Source: Malacoraja senta
Lineage: Eukaryota
NCBI GenBank assembly: GCA_038087875.1
Contig: CM075990.1
Coordinates: 1,116,001 to 1,180,000, forward strand
Direction of reading: 5' to 3'
DNA: 64,000 nt
Shown here: piece after piece, positions 1-14,141 of the stretch
How the letters are laid out: every line of letters starts with the position of its first letter
Numbering within the stretch: position 1 is the stretch's first letter
Notes under the pieces: generated by a model
The model's database searches: none
Seen by the model: the letters and a program-made list of their open reading frames with translations, nothing else
Told to the model about the DNA's origin: nothing
Position numbers and translations under genes: made by a program

Positions 1-104
1 TGCCAGTGTCGCCTCGGCTACACCCTGCACGGGAATGGCCTCGACTGCAAGGAAGGTCAGTGCCTCCACCGCCACCTCGCTCACCGCTCCGCAACCACAA
101 TCCA

Positions 105-600
105 TTTAGTTTATTGCCACGTGTAACGCGGTACAGTGAAAAGCTTTTGTTGCGAACTAACCAGTCTGCGGAAAGACAATGCATGATTACAATCGAGCCG
201 TTCACAGTGCACCGATACAAGATAAATGGAATAATGTTTAGTGCTAGGTAAAGTCCGATCAATGATAGTCCGAGGGTCTCCAATGAGGTAGATAGTAGAT
301 CGGGACCGCTCTCCAGTTGGTGATAGGATGGTTCAGTTGCCTGATAACAGCTGGGAAGAAACTCACTGAATCTGGAGGTGTGTGTTTTCACACTTCTACT
401 GTACATCTTTTGCCTGATGGGAGATGGGAGAAGAGGTAGCGGCCAAGGTGCGACTGGTCCTTGATTATGTTGCTGGCCTTGACGAGGCAGCATGAGGTAT
501 AAATGGAAGGGAGGTTGGTTTGTGTGATGGTCTGGGCTGCGTCTACAATTCACTGCAATTCCTTGCGGTCTTGGATGGAGCTGTTCCCAAACCGTGCTGT
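105..600 (-). mobile_element. Rex1/Babar-type LINE 3' fragment (same family at ~2850-3340, 10125-10430, 26545-27740, 59095-59340; + strand at ~48715-49120)
   Basis: Recurrent 3' end ttagtttattgtcacgtgtaccgaggtacagtgaaaagc. The copy at ~27 kb encodes WFGNSSIQDRKKLQRIVDAAQIIT, a C-terminal segment of Rex1-type RT ORFs. Confidence 0.65.
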
Positions 601-1776
601 GATCCCCTCACTCACGGTAAAGGAAAGCGTTCTATCACTGCCTTAAAAATACCATTGATGGCCTCCACAGCCTTCTGTGGCAATGAATTCCACAGATTCA
701 CCACCCTCTGACTAAAGAAATTCCTCCTCATCTCCTTCCTAAAGGAACGTCCTACTGAAACTGATCTCCTTTAGTTTAACTAGGCATGATTGTGAGCTGC
801 CTGCAAGTTGAATTACAAGTTCAATGTCCCAGGTTGAACTACTGTATGTGATCCATATGCCTCCAAATGCGGTGTGCGGGGAGGAACTGCAGATGCTGGT
901 TTATTCCAAAGATTGACACAAAGTGCTGGAGTAACTCAGTGAGTCAGCCAGCATCTCTGGAGAAAAAGGATGGGTGGTGTTTCGGGTTGGGACGCTTCTT
1001 CAGACTGAAAGTAGAGGGGAGGGAACTGGAGGTAAGAAAAGGCCAGAACAAAGTGGGGCCGTTAACAGATGTCCACCTGCGCTTGGTCTCGCTGTTATAT
1101 ACCTGGAGGCTGCAGTGAATCGTCCGATCAGCAGAGAAGGTTATTGGCTGCAACCTTCCCTCCATTGATGAACTGTACACTGCAAGGGCCAGAAAGCGAG
1201 CGGGCAAGATCATCTCTGACCCCTCTCACCCTGGCCACAAACTCTTTCAATCACTTCCCTCTGGAAGGCGACTCCGGATTGTCAAAGCTGCCACAGCCAG
1301 ACATAAAAACAGTTTTTATCCACTAGTAGTTGCTCTACTCAACAGCCGAAAATCTGTAGCCTCCCTTTGATCTGGTATTTTGTTGGTTCACATGCTTGAT
1401 CAATGGTGTTTTATCATTAATGTTTTATTATTATTAATGTTTAGTGTTTTCTGAGTCATTCGTAACTGTCACTGTTGTTACTTGTGGGCGGAGCACCAAG
1501 GCAAATTCCTTGTATGTGAATACTTGGCCAATAAACTTACTTGCTTACTTAAAAACGTACTTACTTATATAGGACCCCACACCCCAACATGGATACAGTA
1601 GATGAGGTTGGAAGAGGTGCAAGTGAACCTCTGCCTGACCTGAAAGGGTCAGGGGTCGGGGTCAGGGTCCCTGGACAGAATCGAGGGAGGAGGTATGGGG
1701 ACAGGTGTTGCATCTCCTGCGGTTGCAGGGGAAAGTACCTGGGGTGGGGGCAGTTTGGGTGGGAAGGGATGTGAAC

Positions 1777-2175
1777 GATACGATACGATAGAACTTTATT
1801 TATCCCAGGAGGGAAATTAATTTGCCAACAGTCATAAAAAAAACCAAAATACACGAAACATGCAAATAAAGAGACAAGTGGTAAAGCTTTGGGGATGTTG
1901 GGGGAGGGGGGAGACAGTCTCAGTCTCAGTCGACCCCACGACAGAAGGGGGAGGAGTTGTACAGGTTGATAGCCACAGGGAAGGATCTCCTGTGGCGTTC
2001 TGTCCTGCATCTTGGTGGAACCAGTCTGTTGCTGAAGGTGCTCCTCAGGTTGACTAGTGTGTCATGGAGGGGGTGAGCTGTATTGTCCAGGATGCTCCGC
2101 AGTTTGAGGAGCATCCTCCCCTCCAAGACCAACCTCCCGTGAATCCAACTCCGCCCCCAGGACGGAGCCAGCCTT
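1777..2175 (-). mobile_element. Rex1/Babar LINE, 5'-truncated
   Basis: (TATCG)n tail; encodes LLKLRSILDNTAHPLHDTL...RCRTERHRRSFPVAINLYN; near-identical to 62459-62880. Confidence 0.8.
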
Positions 2176-2500
2176 CCTGTGGAAGAAATCGGTCTCTGCG
2201 GAAAGCAGAAAGCGGTGTAGATGGGAAGATGTGACTCCATATCTATCTGCCCTGCTAAAAGTCTCTTAAACACCACTATCGTATCTGCCTCCACCATTAC
2301 CCCTGGCAGCATGTTCCAGGCACCCACCACACTCTGTGTTAAAAAAAACATATCCTCCCAAGAGTTCAACTTGCAGGCAGTAACAGCTCGGGGCATTGAG
2401 TAGGGTCAGTGAATCATGGTGCAACTCTATAACACTTTGGTTAGGCTGCATTTGGAGTATTGCATGTAGTTTTGGTTGCAGTTAGACTGTGCCTGTGTTA

Positions 2501-2501
<1 letters not shown>

Positions 2502-2531
<30 letters not shown>

Positions 2532-2773
2532 AGAGCATGTATGTGTCTGCATGAGTGTGAGCGAGTGTGTGTGTGATTGTGTATGAGTGTTTGTGTCTGA
2601 GTGTGTGCATGTGAGTCTGCGTGTGTATGTGTATCCATGAGTGTGTGTTTGTGCATGAGTGTGCGTGTGTGTGAGCATGTGAGTGTGTCTGTGTGCATGA
2701 GTGTGAGCGAGCATGTGTATGTGCGTGTGCGTGTGAGTGTGAGTACATGTGTGTATATGTCTGTGTGTCTGTC
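2502..2773. repeat. Degenerate (GT)n microsatellite
   Basis: Visible dinucleotide repeat. Confidence 0.95.
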
Positions 2774-3403
2774 TGGGAATTTGATGGAAATGCTTTGGGA
2801 GCAGGCATGGACATGAAGGGCCGAATGGCCTCGTGAATCTGAGCATCAGGTTTAGTTCAGTTTAGTTTATTGTCACTTGTACCGAGGCAGAGTGAAAAGC
2901 TTTTTTGTTGCGTCCTATCCAGTCAGCGGAAAGACTAGACATGATTCCAATCAAACCGTCCACAGTGTACAAGTACATGATAATGGGAATAATGTTTAGT
3001 GCAACAAAGGCCAGTAAAGACCGATTAAAGATAGTCCAAGGGTCTCCAATGAGGTAGATGGGTTTTCAGGACTGCTCTTCAGTTGGTGATAGGATGGTTC
3101 ATTTGCCTGATAACAGTTGGGAAGAAACTGTCCCTGAATCTGGAGGTGTGCGTTTTCACACTTCTGTACCTCTTGCCTGATGGGAGAGGGAGTGACCGGG
3201 GTGAGACTGGTCCTTGATTACGCTGCTGGCCTTGCCGAGACAGCGTGAAGTGTAGATGGAGTCAATGGAAGGGAGGTTGGGTTGTGTGATGGTCTGTGTC
3301 TAGGCCTGTGTGATGGTCTGTGTGATGGTCTGGGCTGGCTGGGTGGGTGGGTGGTGGTTTGTCAGACAGTGTGACCCAGACGCCGTCTCCTGTCTCCCCA
3401 CAG

Positions 3404-3531
3404 CCGGCTGTGGACGCAGAGTGGACAATGTGGAGGGAGTCATCACCAGCCCCAACTGGCCCGACCCGTACCCTAACCGCAAGGAGTGTAGTTGGACCAT
3501 CTCCGCACCCCCTGGGCACAGGGTCAAGCTG
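3404..3531 (+). CDS. BMP1/tolloid-like metalloprotease, internal exon (N-half of CUB4)
   Basis: Acceptor ctccccacag and donor gtaaac; 128 nt, phase 1 to 0. Encodes (A)[42 protein letters not shown], matching the tolloid CUB4 start (ITSPNWP..YP..KEC.W.I...PGHRVKL). Confidence 0.95.
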
Positions 3532-4616
3532 GTAAACCCCCGTGTCCGTGCCAACCCCTGGAGCAGGGGGGTAGGGGGGGGGGGAAAGGGGGAGTGTCAT
3601 GTCCCGGACACCTCCCTCCCCCGCCACCGCAGTACCGGCCAGGGCGCAGCACGATCCCACGGACGGGGATGTCCACGTACCTGGCGTCCCGCGGGGAATG
3701 TTCCAGAGGGTCCCTGGGCCGATACTGCGAGCTAGGTCTCTCAAAGGGGCAAGATGGGCACTGTGCCCACATGGGCATGATGGAGGGGGGAGAGACTGCG
3801 GGGGGGGGGGGGGAAGGGGTCTGTAGGAGATTTATCATGGGTGGGGGGAGACCATGTGTAGGGGGCTGTTAGAGATCTGTGGATGGGGGAGAGACCGTGA
3901 GGGGGGGGGGGGCGTTGAGGATCTGTGGGGAGGAGGGGAACGGGGGAAGGTTTGTGATGAGCGTCAGGGCGACATTGGCAAGGGTCTTGTCCGGGGGTGA
4001 GTGGGCGGAGGGCCCATTGGGAGGATGGGTGGGGGTGGCAGAGGGGGTGGGGCACTGGTCAGGAGGAGGGGGGAGGGGATGTCGTTCAATGAGGGGACCA
4101 AGGGTTGTCAATGAGGATCGGGAGAAGAGCGGCACTGTGGCGCAGCGGTAGAGTTGCTGCCTCACAGCGCCAGAGACTAGGGTTCAAATCTGACTATGGG
4201 TGCTGTCTGTTTGGAGTTTGCACGTTCTCCCCTTGACCTGCGTGGATTTTCTGCCGGTGCTCCGGTTTCCTCCGACACTTGAAAGACATACGGGTTTGTA
4301 GGTTAGTTGGCTTGCTTACATTGTAAATTGTCCCTAGTGTGTAGGATAGTATTAGTGTCGCTGGTCGGCGTGGACTCGGTGGGCCGAAGGGCCTGAGCTC
4401 AAACTCCATTTATGTCTGGGACATAAAATTCTAACCACTAATGCGACGCGCAGTAACATTACTGCTGTTGACTCTCGTATAGGTTTCACCCCGCTGATCA
4501 GTAATTGAACACCCATCAATAGACCTGGTTTCATGGGACAGACACAAAGTGCTGGAGTAACTCAGCGGGTCAGGCAGCATCTCTGGAGAAAAAGGATATG
4601 GGACGTTTCAGGAAAT

Positions 4617-7600
4617 AGAGTGAGACAGTGTGGAAACAGGCCCTTTGGCCCAACTTTCCCACACCGACCAACATGTCCCAGCTACACTAGTCCCACCTGC
4701 CTGCATTAGGCCCGTATCCCTCCAAACCTGTCCTATCCTGGTACCTGTCTAACTGTTTCTTAAATGTTGGGATAGTCCCGACATCAACTACCTCCTCTGG
4801 CAGCTTGTTCCATACCCCACCATCTTTTGTGAGAAAAAGTTACTCCTCAGATTCCTGTTAAATCTTTTCCCCTCAACCTTAAATCTATGTCCTCTGGTCC
4901 TCGGTTCACCTACTTTGAGCAAGAGACATTGTGCATCTACCTCTCATGATTTGATACATCTCTATAAGATATCCCCTCATCCTCCAGAGTTCCAAGGAGT
5001 TTGCACATTCTCCCTGTGACTTGCGTGGGTTTTCTCCAGGTGGTCCCAGAGTCACAGCCGACTCAACCTCTCCTTATAGTACAGCCCCTCTAATCCTGGC
5101 AACATCCTCGTAAATCTTCTCTGTACCCTTTCCAACTTGACAACATTTTTCCTATAACCAGATAGAAACATAGAAACATAGAAAAAGATGTGCAGGAGTA
5201 GGCCATTTGGTCCTTCAAGCCAGCACCGCCATTCAATATGGTCATGGCTGATCATCTAAAATCAGTACCCCGTTCCTGCTTTTTCCCCATATCCCTTGAT
5301 TCCTTTAGCCCTAAGCGCTAAATCTAACTCTCTCTTGAAAACATCCAGTGAATTGGCCTCCACTGCCTTCCATGGCAGAGAATTCCACAGACTCTCTGGC
5401 TGAAGACGTTTTTCCTCATCTCAGTCCTAAATGGCCTAACCCTTGTTCTTAAACTGTGACCCCCTGGTTCTGGACTCCCCCAACATCGGGAACATTTTTC
5501 CTGCATCTAGCCTGTCCAATCCTTTAAGAATGTTATGTTTCTATAAGATCTCCTCTCATCCTAAATTCCAGTGAATACAAGCCCAGTCGACCCATCCTTT
5601 CATCATTTGTCAGTCCCGCCATCCTGGGAATTAACCTGGTGAACCTACGCTGCACTCCCTCAATACCAATAATGTCCTTCCTCAAATTAGGAGAGCAAAA
5701 TTGCACACAAAACTCCAGATGCGGTCTCAGCAGGGCCCTGTACAACTGCAGTAGGACCTCCTTGCTCCTAAACTCAAATCCTCTTGCAATGAAGGCCAAC
5801 ATGACATTAGCTTTCTTCACTCACTGCCTGCTGTAACTGCATGCGTACTTTCAGTGACTGATGTACAAGGACACCCAGGTCTCGTTGCACCTTTCCTAAT
5901 CTGACACCATTCAGATAATAATCTGCCTTCCTGTTCTTGCCACCAAAGTGGATAACCTCACATTTATCCACATTATAGTGTATCTGCCATGCATCTGCCC
6001 ACTCACCCAATCTATCCAAGTCACCCTGCAGCCTCAGCTTTGTGTCATCCGCAAACTTGGAGACGTCACATTTAATTCCCTCGTCTAAATCGTTAATATA
6101 TATTGTAATTAACTGAGGTCCCAGCACCGAGCCTTGCGGCACCCCACTAGTCACTGCCTGCCATTCTGAAAAGGACCCATTAATTCCTACTCTTTGCTTC
6201 CTGTCTGCCAACCAATGTCATGTCAATACCTTACCCCCAATACCATGTGCTCTAATTTTGCCCACTAATCTTTTGTTTTTTAATCAAAAATATTTACACT
6301 ACAATAAAACAAAACAGAACCCACCACCATAGAACAAGACAAACAAGAAACTATTATACAACTATCTTACAATCCTTGTCAAGGATGCACACACTACTCT
6401 CTTGTGTGGGGCCTTGTCAAAGGCTTTTTGAAAGTCCAGATACACCACATCCACTAGCTCTCCCTTATCCATTCTACTTGTTACATCCTCAAAAAATTCC
6501 AGAAGATCAGTCAAGCATGATTTCCCCTTCGTAAATCCATGCTGACTTTGACTGATCCTACTCAAAACTGAACACAATATTCTAAATGTCTTATACAACT
6601 GGAACATGACCTCCCATATTCTATACTCAGTACTATGACTGATGAAGGCCGATATGCCAAAGCCTTTTTGACCACCCTATCTACCTGCGACTCTGCCTTC
6701 AAGGAACCATGCACCTTCTGAAGAAGGGTCTTGAACCTGAAACTCCTTCTCTCCAGAGATGCTGCCTGTCCGGCTGAGTTACTCCAGTATTTTGTGTCTA
6801 CCTGCACTCCTAGATCCCTCTACTCTACAACACTACTCAGAGGCCTACCATTTACTGTGTAGGTCCTGTCCATGTAAGACTTCCCAAAATGCAACACCTC
6901 ACACTTTTCTGTATTAAATTCCATCAACCATTCCTCCGCCCACCTGGCCAATCGATCCAGATCCTGCTGCAATCTTTCACAACCATCTTCACTATCTGCA
7001 AAACCACTCACTTTTGTATCATCAGCAAACTTGCTAATCTTGCCCTTTATGTTCTCATCCAAATCATTGATTGTAGATGACAAACAGTAACGGGCCCAGC
7101 ACCGAACTTTGAGGCACACCACTAGTCACAGTCCTCCAGTCCGAGAAGCAACCTTCCACCATCATCCTCTGCTTCCTTCCATGAAGCCAATTTTCTATCC
7201 ATTCAGCTATCTCTCCTTGGATCCCATGCAATCTAACCTTCCAGAGCAGCCTACCATGTGGAACCTTGTTGAATGCTTTGCTGAAGTCCATGTACACAAC
7301 ATCTACAGCTCTGCCCTCATCAACCTTTTTGGTCACATCTTCAAAAAAATCAATCACATTTGCGAGACATGACCTCCCACAGACAAAACCATGCTAACTA
7401 TCCCTAATCAGCCCTTGCCCGTCCAAATGCCTGTATAACCTATCCTTCAGAATACTCTCTAGTAAATTTCCAACTACAGATGTTAAGCTCACTGACCTAT
7501 AGTTCCCAGTATTTCCCCTGCAGCCCTTCTTGAATAACATTTGCCACCCTCCAGTCTTCCGACACCTCTCTTGTATTTAAAGACGACTCGTAGATTTCAA

Positions 7601-8250
7601 CCAGGGCTCCCGCAATTTCCTCTCTGGTTTCCCAAAATGTCCTCAGATATATCTAATCAGTTCCTGGAGATTTGTCCACCTTCATACACGATAGTACCTT
7701 CAGTACTTCTTCAATGGTAACACTGACTGCTCTCTAGACACTTCCGTTGACTGCCCCAAGTTCCTCCTTCCTACCGTCTTTCTCCTCGGTAAATGCGGAG
7801 GAGAATTACTCATTGAGGACCTTGCCCTTCTCCTGTGGCCCCATACAGAGGTGACCACTTTGATTCCTGAGAGGTCCCACTCTCTCCAGTTACTATTTCC
7901 CCCCCTTATGTATTTATAAAATCTCTTAGGATTGCCCACAATGCTATCTACCAGAGCTATCTCCTCGCCCCTTTTTGCCCTTCTGATTTACTTTTGAGTT
8001 TGCTCCTTAGTTCCCAAAACTCCTCCAGGGATGCACTTGATCCCAGCTGCCTATACATGTCCCATGCATCCTTCTTGATTTTGACCAACGCCTCAACTTC
8101 TCTCATCTGCCAAGCTTCCTTACGTTTGCCCTTCAGTCTAACAGGGATGTGCATATCCTGAGAGCTTGTCAGCACACTTATAAAAACTTGGCCGAAGTTC
8201 CTTTCCCCTCAAACAACCTGCTCCAAACAACTTGAGCAAGACTTTCTGTC
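4617..8250 (-). mobile_element. Older CR1 LINE (RT region) with a younger CR1 (~5164-6560) nested inside
   Basis: Two sets of CR1 RT motifs: VDVVY(M/L)[34 protein letters not shown]. The inner copy has an (ATAGAAAC)n tail at ~5162-5184. Confidence 0.9.
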
Positions 8251-9117
8251 ATACCTTCAGACTGAAGAAGGGTCTGGACAAAACATCACTAATTGATCTT
8301 CTCCAGAGATGCTGCCTGACCCACTGAGTTACTCCAGCTTTTTGTGTCCATTGTTGGTATAAACCAGCATCTGTAGTTCTGTTTCCGCTGGTTTTACTGG
8401 ATGCAGGTTTTACTTTTTAGCGATACAGTGGGGAAATGGGCCCTTTGGTCCACCGAATCCACGCCTTCCAGCAATCAACCCGTACACCAGCACTATCCTA
8501 CACACACTAGGGACAATTTATAATCCTTACCGAAGCCAATTAATCTACAAACCTGTACAGTAGGTAGACAAAAATGCTGGAGAAACTCAGTGGGTGCAGC
8601 AGCATCTATGGAGCGAGGGAAATAGGCAACATTTCGGGCCAAAACCCTCCTTCAGACGGCCCAAAATGTTGCCTATTTCCCTCGCTCCATAAATGCTGCT
8701 GCACCCGCTGAGTTTCTCCAGCATTTTTGTCTACCTTTGATTTTCCAGCATCTGCAGTTCCTTCTTAAAAACCTGTACAGTATGTCTTTGGAGTGTGGGA
8801 GGAAACTGGAGCACCTGGAGAAAACCCACGTGGTCATGGGGAGAATGTACAAACTCCGTACAGACAGCACCCGTAGTCAGGATGGATCCCGGGTCTCTGG
8901 CGCTGTGAGGCGACAACTCTACCGCTGCCCCACCGTGCCACTTATGTGAGTTGTGGAAGGTGAGGTGGACCTTCTCAACTTCTCCCCGTTAGCTCAAGAG
9001 CGGCTGGATGATGGAAAGATCACTTGGGGTGGAGCCTGGGAGAAGATTGTGGTGGGGAGTTGGTGGTGCCAGGATGGACAGAATCCAAGCTCGGGCTAAA
9101 TGCTTCCACCCCTCTAG

Positions 9118-9331
9118 GCCTTCATGGAGTTTGAAATCGAGCTGCACCAGGAATGTATTTACGACTATCTGGAGGTGTACGATGGTCTCGGCGAGAGGCC
9201 CGCCTTGTTGGGCCGGTACTGCGGCAGCAAGAAACCAGAAACCATCGTCACCACGGCAAACAAAATGTCCCTCAGATTCTTCTCAGACGCATCGGTGCAA
9301 AGGAAGGGATTTCAGGCACAGCACAGCACAG
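9118..9331 (+). CDS. BMP1/tolloid-like metalloprotease, internal exon (C-half of CUB4)
   Basis: Acceptor cccctctag and donor gtgagt; 214 nt, phase 0 to 1. Encodes [23 protein letters not shown]...[10 protein letters not shown]...[20 protein letters not shown] and joins the previous exon in frame. Confidence 0.96.
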
Positions 9332-11982
9332 GTGAGTCACAGAGTGATACAGCGTGGAGACAGGCCCGTCAGCCCAACTTGCCCACACCCACTAACATGT
9401 CCCAGCTACACGAATCCCACTTGCCCATGCTTGGTCTATATCTCTCCAAACCTGTCCATCCATGTACCTGTCAATGTATTGCTATAGCACCTGCCTCAAC
9501 TACCCTCTCTGGCAGCTTGTTCCATATACCCACCATTCTTTGTATAAAGACATTGCCCCTCAGGTTCCTATTAAATCTTCCCCCACACCTTCCTTCTGAA
9601 CCTTCTGAATTTTGTAATCGGCAGGGCAGTACTCTGCATATCGCCAACTTGGACAATTTAACATTTTATCAAGCCAATTAACCTACAACCCTGTACGTCT
9701 TTGGAGTGTGGGAGGAAACCGAAGTTCTCGGAGAAAACCCACGCAGGTCATGGGGAAAACGTACAAACTCCATACAGACAGCACCCATAGTCGGGATCGA
9801 ACCCGGGCCACCGTGACTGTCCCTTCATCAGTTCATATTATATATTGGGCCATTCGGCCCATCAGTTCTACTACACATTTATTGATCTTGAGCTATCTTT
9901 CCCTCTCAACCCCATTCTCCCCATAACCCCTGACACTTCAGCCGATCAAGAACCTGTCGATCTCTGCCTTAAAAATACCCATTGACTTGGCCTCCACAGC
10001 CTATATGTTTAAGGTGCAACTCACAGGGTAAGCACAGTGCTTCAAGTATGGGGCCTTTGTAAGTGTCCAAAAGTAGAATTCCACAGAATTAGTAGAACAG
10101 AGACTGTTGGAAATAATAAGTTATTAGTTCAGTTTAGTTTAGTTAATTGTCACGTGTACCGAGGTACAGTGAAAAGCTCTTTGTTGCGTGTGCACCAGTC
10201 AGCAGAAAGATAATATATGATTACAATCGATCCATTTACAGTGTACAGATACATGATAAGTGAATTATATTTAGTGCAAGGTAAAGCCAGCAAAGTCCGA
10301 TCAAGGCTAGCCCAAGGGTCTCCAAAGAGGTAATTAGTAGTTCAGGACCGCTCTCTAGTTGTGGTGGGATAATTCATTTGCTCGATAACAGCTGGGAAGA
10401 AACTGTCCCCGAATCTGGTGGTGTGCATTGTAATAATAATATAATGATTCTAATTACAATTATTAAATGTAGTATTATTATAATTATACATCTGTTCTTT
10501 CAAATTACACCTGCTGTGTATTTCCAATGTTTTCAATTTAATTTTATTGATGCTTCTGTGTTAGAGTTGCTGCCTCACAGAGCCAGAGGCCCGGGTTCGA
10601 TCCTGACTACGGGTGCTGTCTGTATAGAGTGTCTACGTTCTCCCTGTGACGGCGTGGGTTTTCTCCGGGTGCTTCGGTTTCCTCCCGCATCTCAAAGACG
10701 TGCGGGTTTGTAGGTTAATTGTCCCTCTGTAAATTGCCCCTAGTGTGTAGGGAGTGGATGAGAAAGTGGGATAACATTGAACTAGTGTGAATGGGTGATC
10801 GCTGGTCAGCACGGACTCTGTGGGCCGAAGGGCTTGTTTCTATGATGCATTTCTAAACTATTCATATAGTGTTTTTTCTGCTGAGAACCATGCAGGCTGT
10901 CTGTCCTGTTTAATAGATTCCCCCCTTTCCTCCCTCACACCCCCCCCCCCCCCCTACATTGCCCACCCCTCCCTCTCCTTCCCTGTGCCCCACCTGGATA
11001 CGTACAGTTTTCACCCCCTTACCTAATCTCACACTATTTGTCTTTTCATCTCTGGCCTTTGAACAAACATAGAAACATAGAAACATAGAAAATAGGTGCA
11101 GGAGGAGGCCATTTGGCCCTTCGAGCCCGCACCGCCATTCATTGTGATCATGGCTGATCGTCCCCTATCAATAACCCGTGCCTGCCTTCTCCCCATATCC
11201 CTTGACTCCATTAGCCATTAGAGCTCTATCTAACTCTCTCTTAAATCCATCCAGTGACTTGGCCTCCACTGCCCTCTGTGGCAGGGAAATCCACAAATCC
11301 ACAACTCTCTGGGTGAAAAAGTGTTTTCTCACCTCAGTCTTAAATGACCTCCCCTTTATTCTAAGTGTGGCCCCTGGTTCTGGACATCTGCCAATATACT
11401 GCCCTCCCCTTCCCTCTCCCCCCCCCCTCCCTTCGCCTGTATCCACCTATCACTCGCCTGCCCCCATCTCTCTTCCAGCTTTCCTCCCTCTACCACATTC
11501 AGCCCGACCCGAAACGTCACCTATCCATGTTCTCCAGAGATGCTGCCTGACCCGCTACGTTACTCCAACACTTTGTGTCTTTTTTTTTGTAAACCAACAT
11601 CTGCAGTTCCTTGAGTCTCCACAAATTGACTGATTGATGGATTGAAAGATACAGCAGGGAAACAGGCCCTTCGGCCCATCGACTCCACGCTAACCACTAA
11701 ACACCCACTGGTTCTATGTTATCCCACTTCCTCATCCACTCCCAATACACACTAGGGGGCAATTGACAGAGGGCCGATTAACCTACGAACCCGCACGTCT
11801 CTGGGATGTGGGAGGAAACCGGAGCACCCGGAGAAAACCCACATGGTCACAGGGGGAATGTACAAATTCCACATAGACAGCACCGGAGGTGAGGATGGGA
11901 CCGGGGTCTGTGGCATTGAGAGGCAGCGGCCCTGTGCTGTGGTTATACAATGATGGGTGTGTGTGAGGGGGTAGCGGGGAGC

Positions 11983-12022
<40 letters not shown>

Positions 12023-12046
12023 TGTGTGCCTCTGCTTATGTTGCAG

Positions 12047-12297
12047 AGTGTGGAGGGGAGCTGCGAGCCAGGGTGAGGACTGGAGAGCTGTACTCCCACG
12101 CACAGTATGGGGACAACAACTACCCAGGGCAGCTGGCCTGCGAGTGGCTGATCACGGCAGAGGACGGCTACGCAGTCGAGCTCATCTTCCTCACCTTCCA
12201 GCTGGAGGAGGAGGCCCACTGTGCCTACGACCGCCTGCAGCTGTACAATGGCCCCAACCACAGCGCACCCCTACTTGGCACCTTCTGTGGGGCAGGG
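12047..12297 (+). CDS. BMP1/tolloid-like metalloprotease, internal exon (CUB5)
   Basis: Acceptor ttgcag and donor gtaagg; 251 nt, phase 1 to 0. Encodes (E)CGGELRARVRTGELYSHAQYGDNNYPGQLACEWLITAEDGYAVELIF...FCGAG. LYSHAQ.GDNNYP is characteristic of tolloid CUB5. Confidence 0.96.
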
Positions 12298-13040
12298 GTA
12301 AGGGTCTGGAGAGTGGGGGGGGGTAAGGGCCAGGGAGTAAAGTTCGGGGGAGTGGGGGGTAAGGTTCTGGGGGGGGGGTGTAAGTTTCGGGGGAGTGGGG
12401 GGTAAGGTTCTGGGGTGGGGGGTGGTATGGGTCGGGGGAGTGGAGGGGTATGGGTTGGGGGAGTGGGGGGGGTTAAGGGTCGGGGGAGTGGGGGGAGTAA
12501 AGGTTGGGGGGGTAAGGGTCGGGGAGTGGGGGGATAAGGGTCGGGGGGGAGTTGGGGGGATTGGGGTCCCATGGAGTAAGGAGAGTGGGGGGTGGGCAAT
12601 GCTGGCTCGGGAGGTTCTGTGGGGCAGGGGTACGGGTCCGGGTGGGGGGAGAAGCAAGCATGTAAATGGGCGGGGATGGGTGGCCCCACACGGTGCACAG
12701 TAACGTGGGGGTGGGGAGTGTATCAAGGCCACGGGGAGGGTGGGGCGATGGGACTGAGGGGTTGGGGGGGGTGAGGATCAAGGTCTCTGGGGAGAGTTGG
12801 GCTGATCAGAGTCTCCTGGGGATAGGGGTGGGGGTTGTGGGGCTTCAGGGAGGAGGGGGTGGGATGAACCGAGGTCCTTGGGGAGAGGTCTCCGGGGGGG
12901 GGGGGGGGGTCCCGGTGAGTGTTGAGCGGGTTGGGGCCCTGGGGAGGGCTGAGGGGGATTGAGGTTGGTGGGGTCCAGAGGGGAGGGTGGGGAGGGGTCG
13001 GGAGTGTGGGTCCGGGAGTGTGAGGGGGTTGTGGGATGGG
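12298..13040 (+). repeat. G-rich low-complexity/minisatellite tract in tolloid intron
   Basis: Repeated gggggagtggggggtaaggg-like units. Confidence 0.9.
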
Positions 13041-14103
13041 ACATAAGTGCCGAATTGATGGCCCAATGAATCCGACAGAAGAACCTTCGATCACGAACCT
13101 TTCCATTAGTTTGTTGAATTTATTTGCAGGGTGCAAGTCCGTTCATGCTGCCAATATATAGAGTTACAGAACACGGTACAGGCCCTTCGGCCCACCTTAC
13201 CCTTGTTATCCAAGTTGGCATTCTGGGCTCGTCCCTTATGCCTGTATTTGGCCCATACCCCATCAAATCCTTGCTATGAATACATTTGTCCAAAAGTCAT
13301 CCTTGTACCCACTTCTATAGCTTCCCCTGGCAGCTCATCCCAGATACAGCCCACCCTCTGTGAAAAAGTTGCCCCTGAGCTCCCTCTTAAATCTCTCCCC
13401 CCCTCTTACCTCAAGCCTGAGCCCTCTAGTTTTAGAATCCTCTACCCTGGGAAAAAGATTTTATCTGTGCCCCTCATGATCTTGTACACCTCAATAAGAT
13501 CACCCCTCGGCCCCCGAATCCAGTCGGCGCCTGGTACGCCTCTTCTGCACCCTTTCCATGAGTCTCCACAACCTTCCTGTATTAGGGGGTAAATCCCAGA
13601 ACTCTCCCCCTCCCTCCCTCCCTCCCTCCCTCCCTCCCTCCCTCCCTCCCTCCGTCGCCCAAACTCTCCTACCTCCTGTTCAAACTTTAACACTGGAGTG
13701 ATTAGACTTTAGAGATACAGCGCGGAAACAGGCCCTTCGGCCCACCGAGTCCGCGCCAACCAGTGACCTCATACATTAACACTATCCTACACACTAGGGA
13801 CAATTTACAATTTACAGAAGGCAATTAACCTACAAACCTGCTCGTCTTTGGAGTGTGGGAGGAATCCGGAACACCTGGAGAAAACCCACGCAGTCATGGG
13901 GAGAACGGACAAACTCCACACAGAGAGCACCCATGGTCAGGATGGAACCCGGGTCCCTGGCGCTGTGAGGCAGCAACTCTACCGCTGCGTCACCATGCTA
14001 CCCGATGCACCAGATTTGTAAATGAATGTTTCTGGTGAATCAGACTACGGAAGGTTTCAGTGTGTGGAGGGTTGATCGTGGCTTGGTCCGGGGTGATGGG
14101 TTG

Positions 14104-14140
<37 letters not shown>

Positions 14141-14141
14141 G

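Noticed and set aside
2427..2846. His/Thr-rich and Cys/Val-rich ORFs
   Set aside because: They are translations of a (GT)n microsatellite.
9332..9681. C-terminal extension of the 185-aa ORF as a novel tolloid tail
   Set aside because: It reads through a consensus GTGAGT donor into CR1/SINE sequence.
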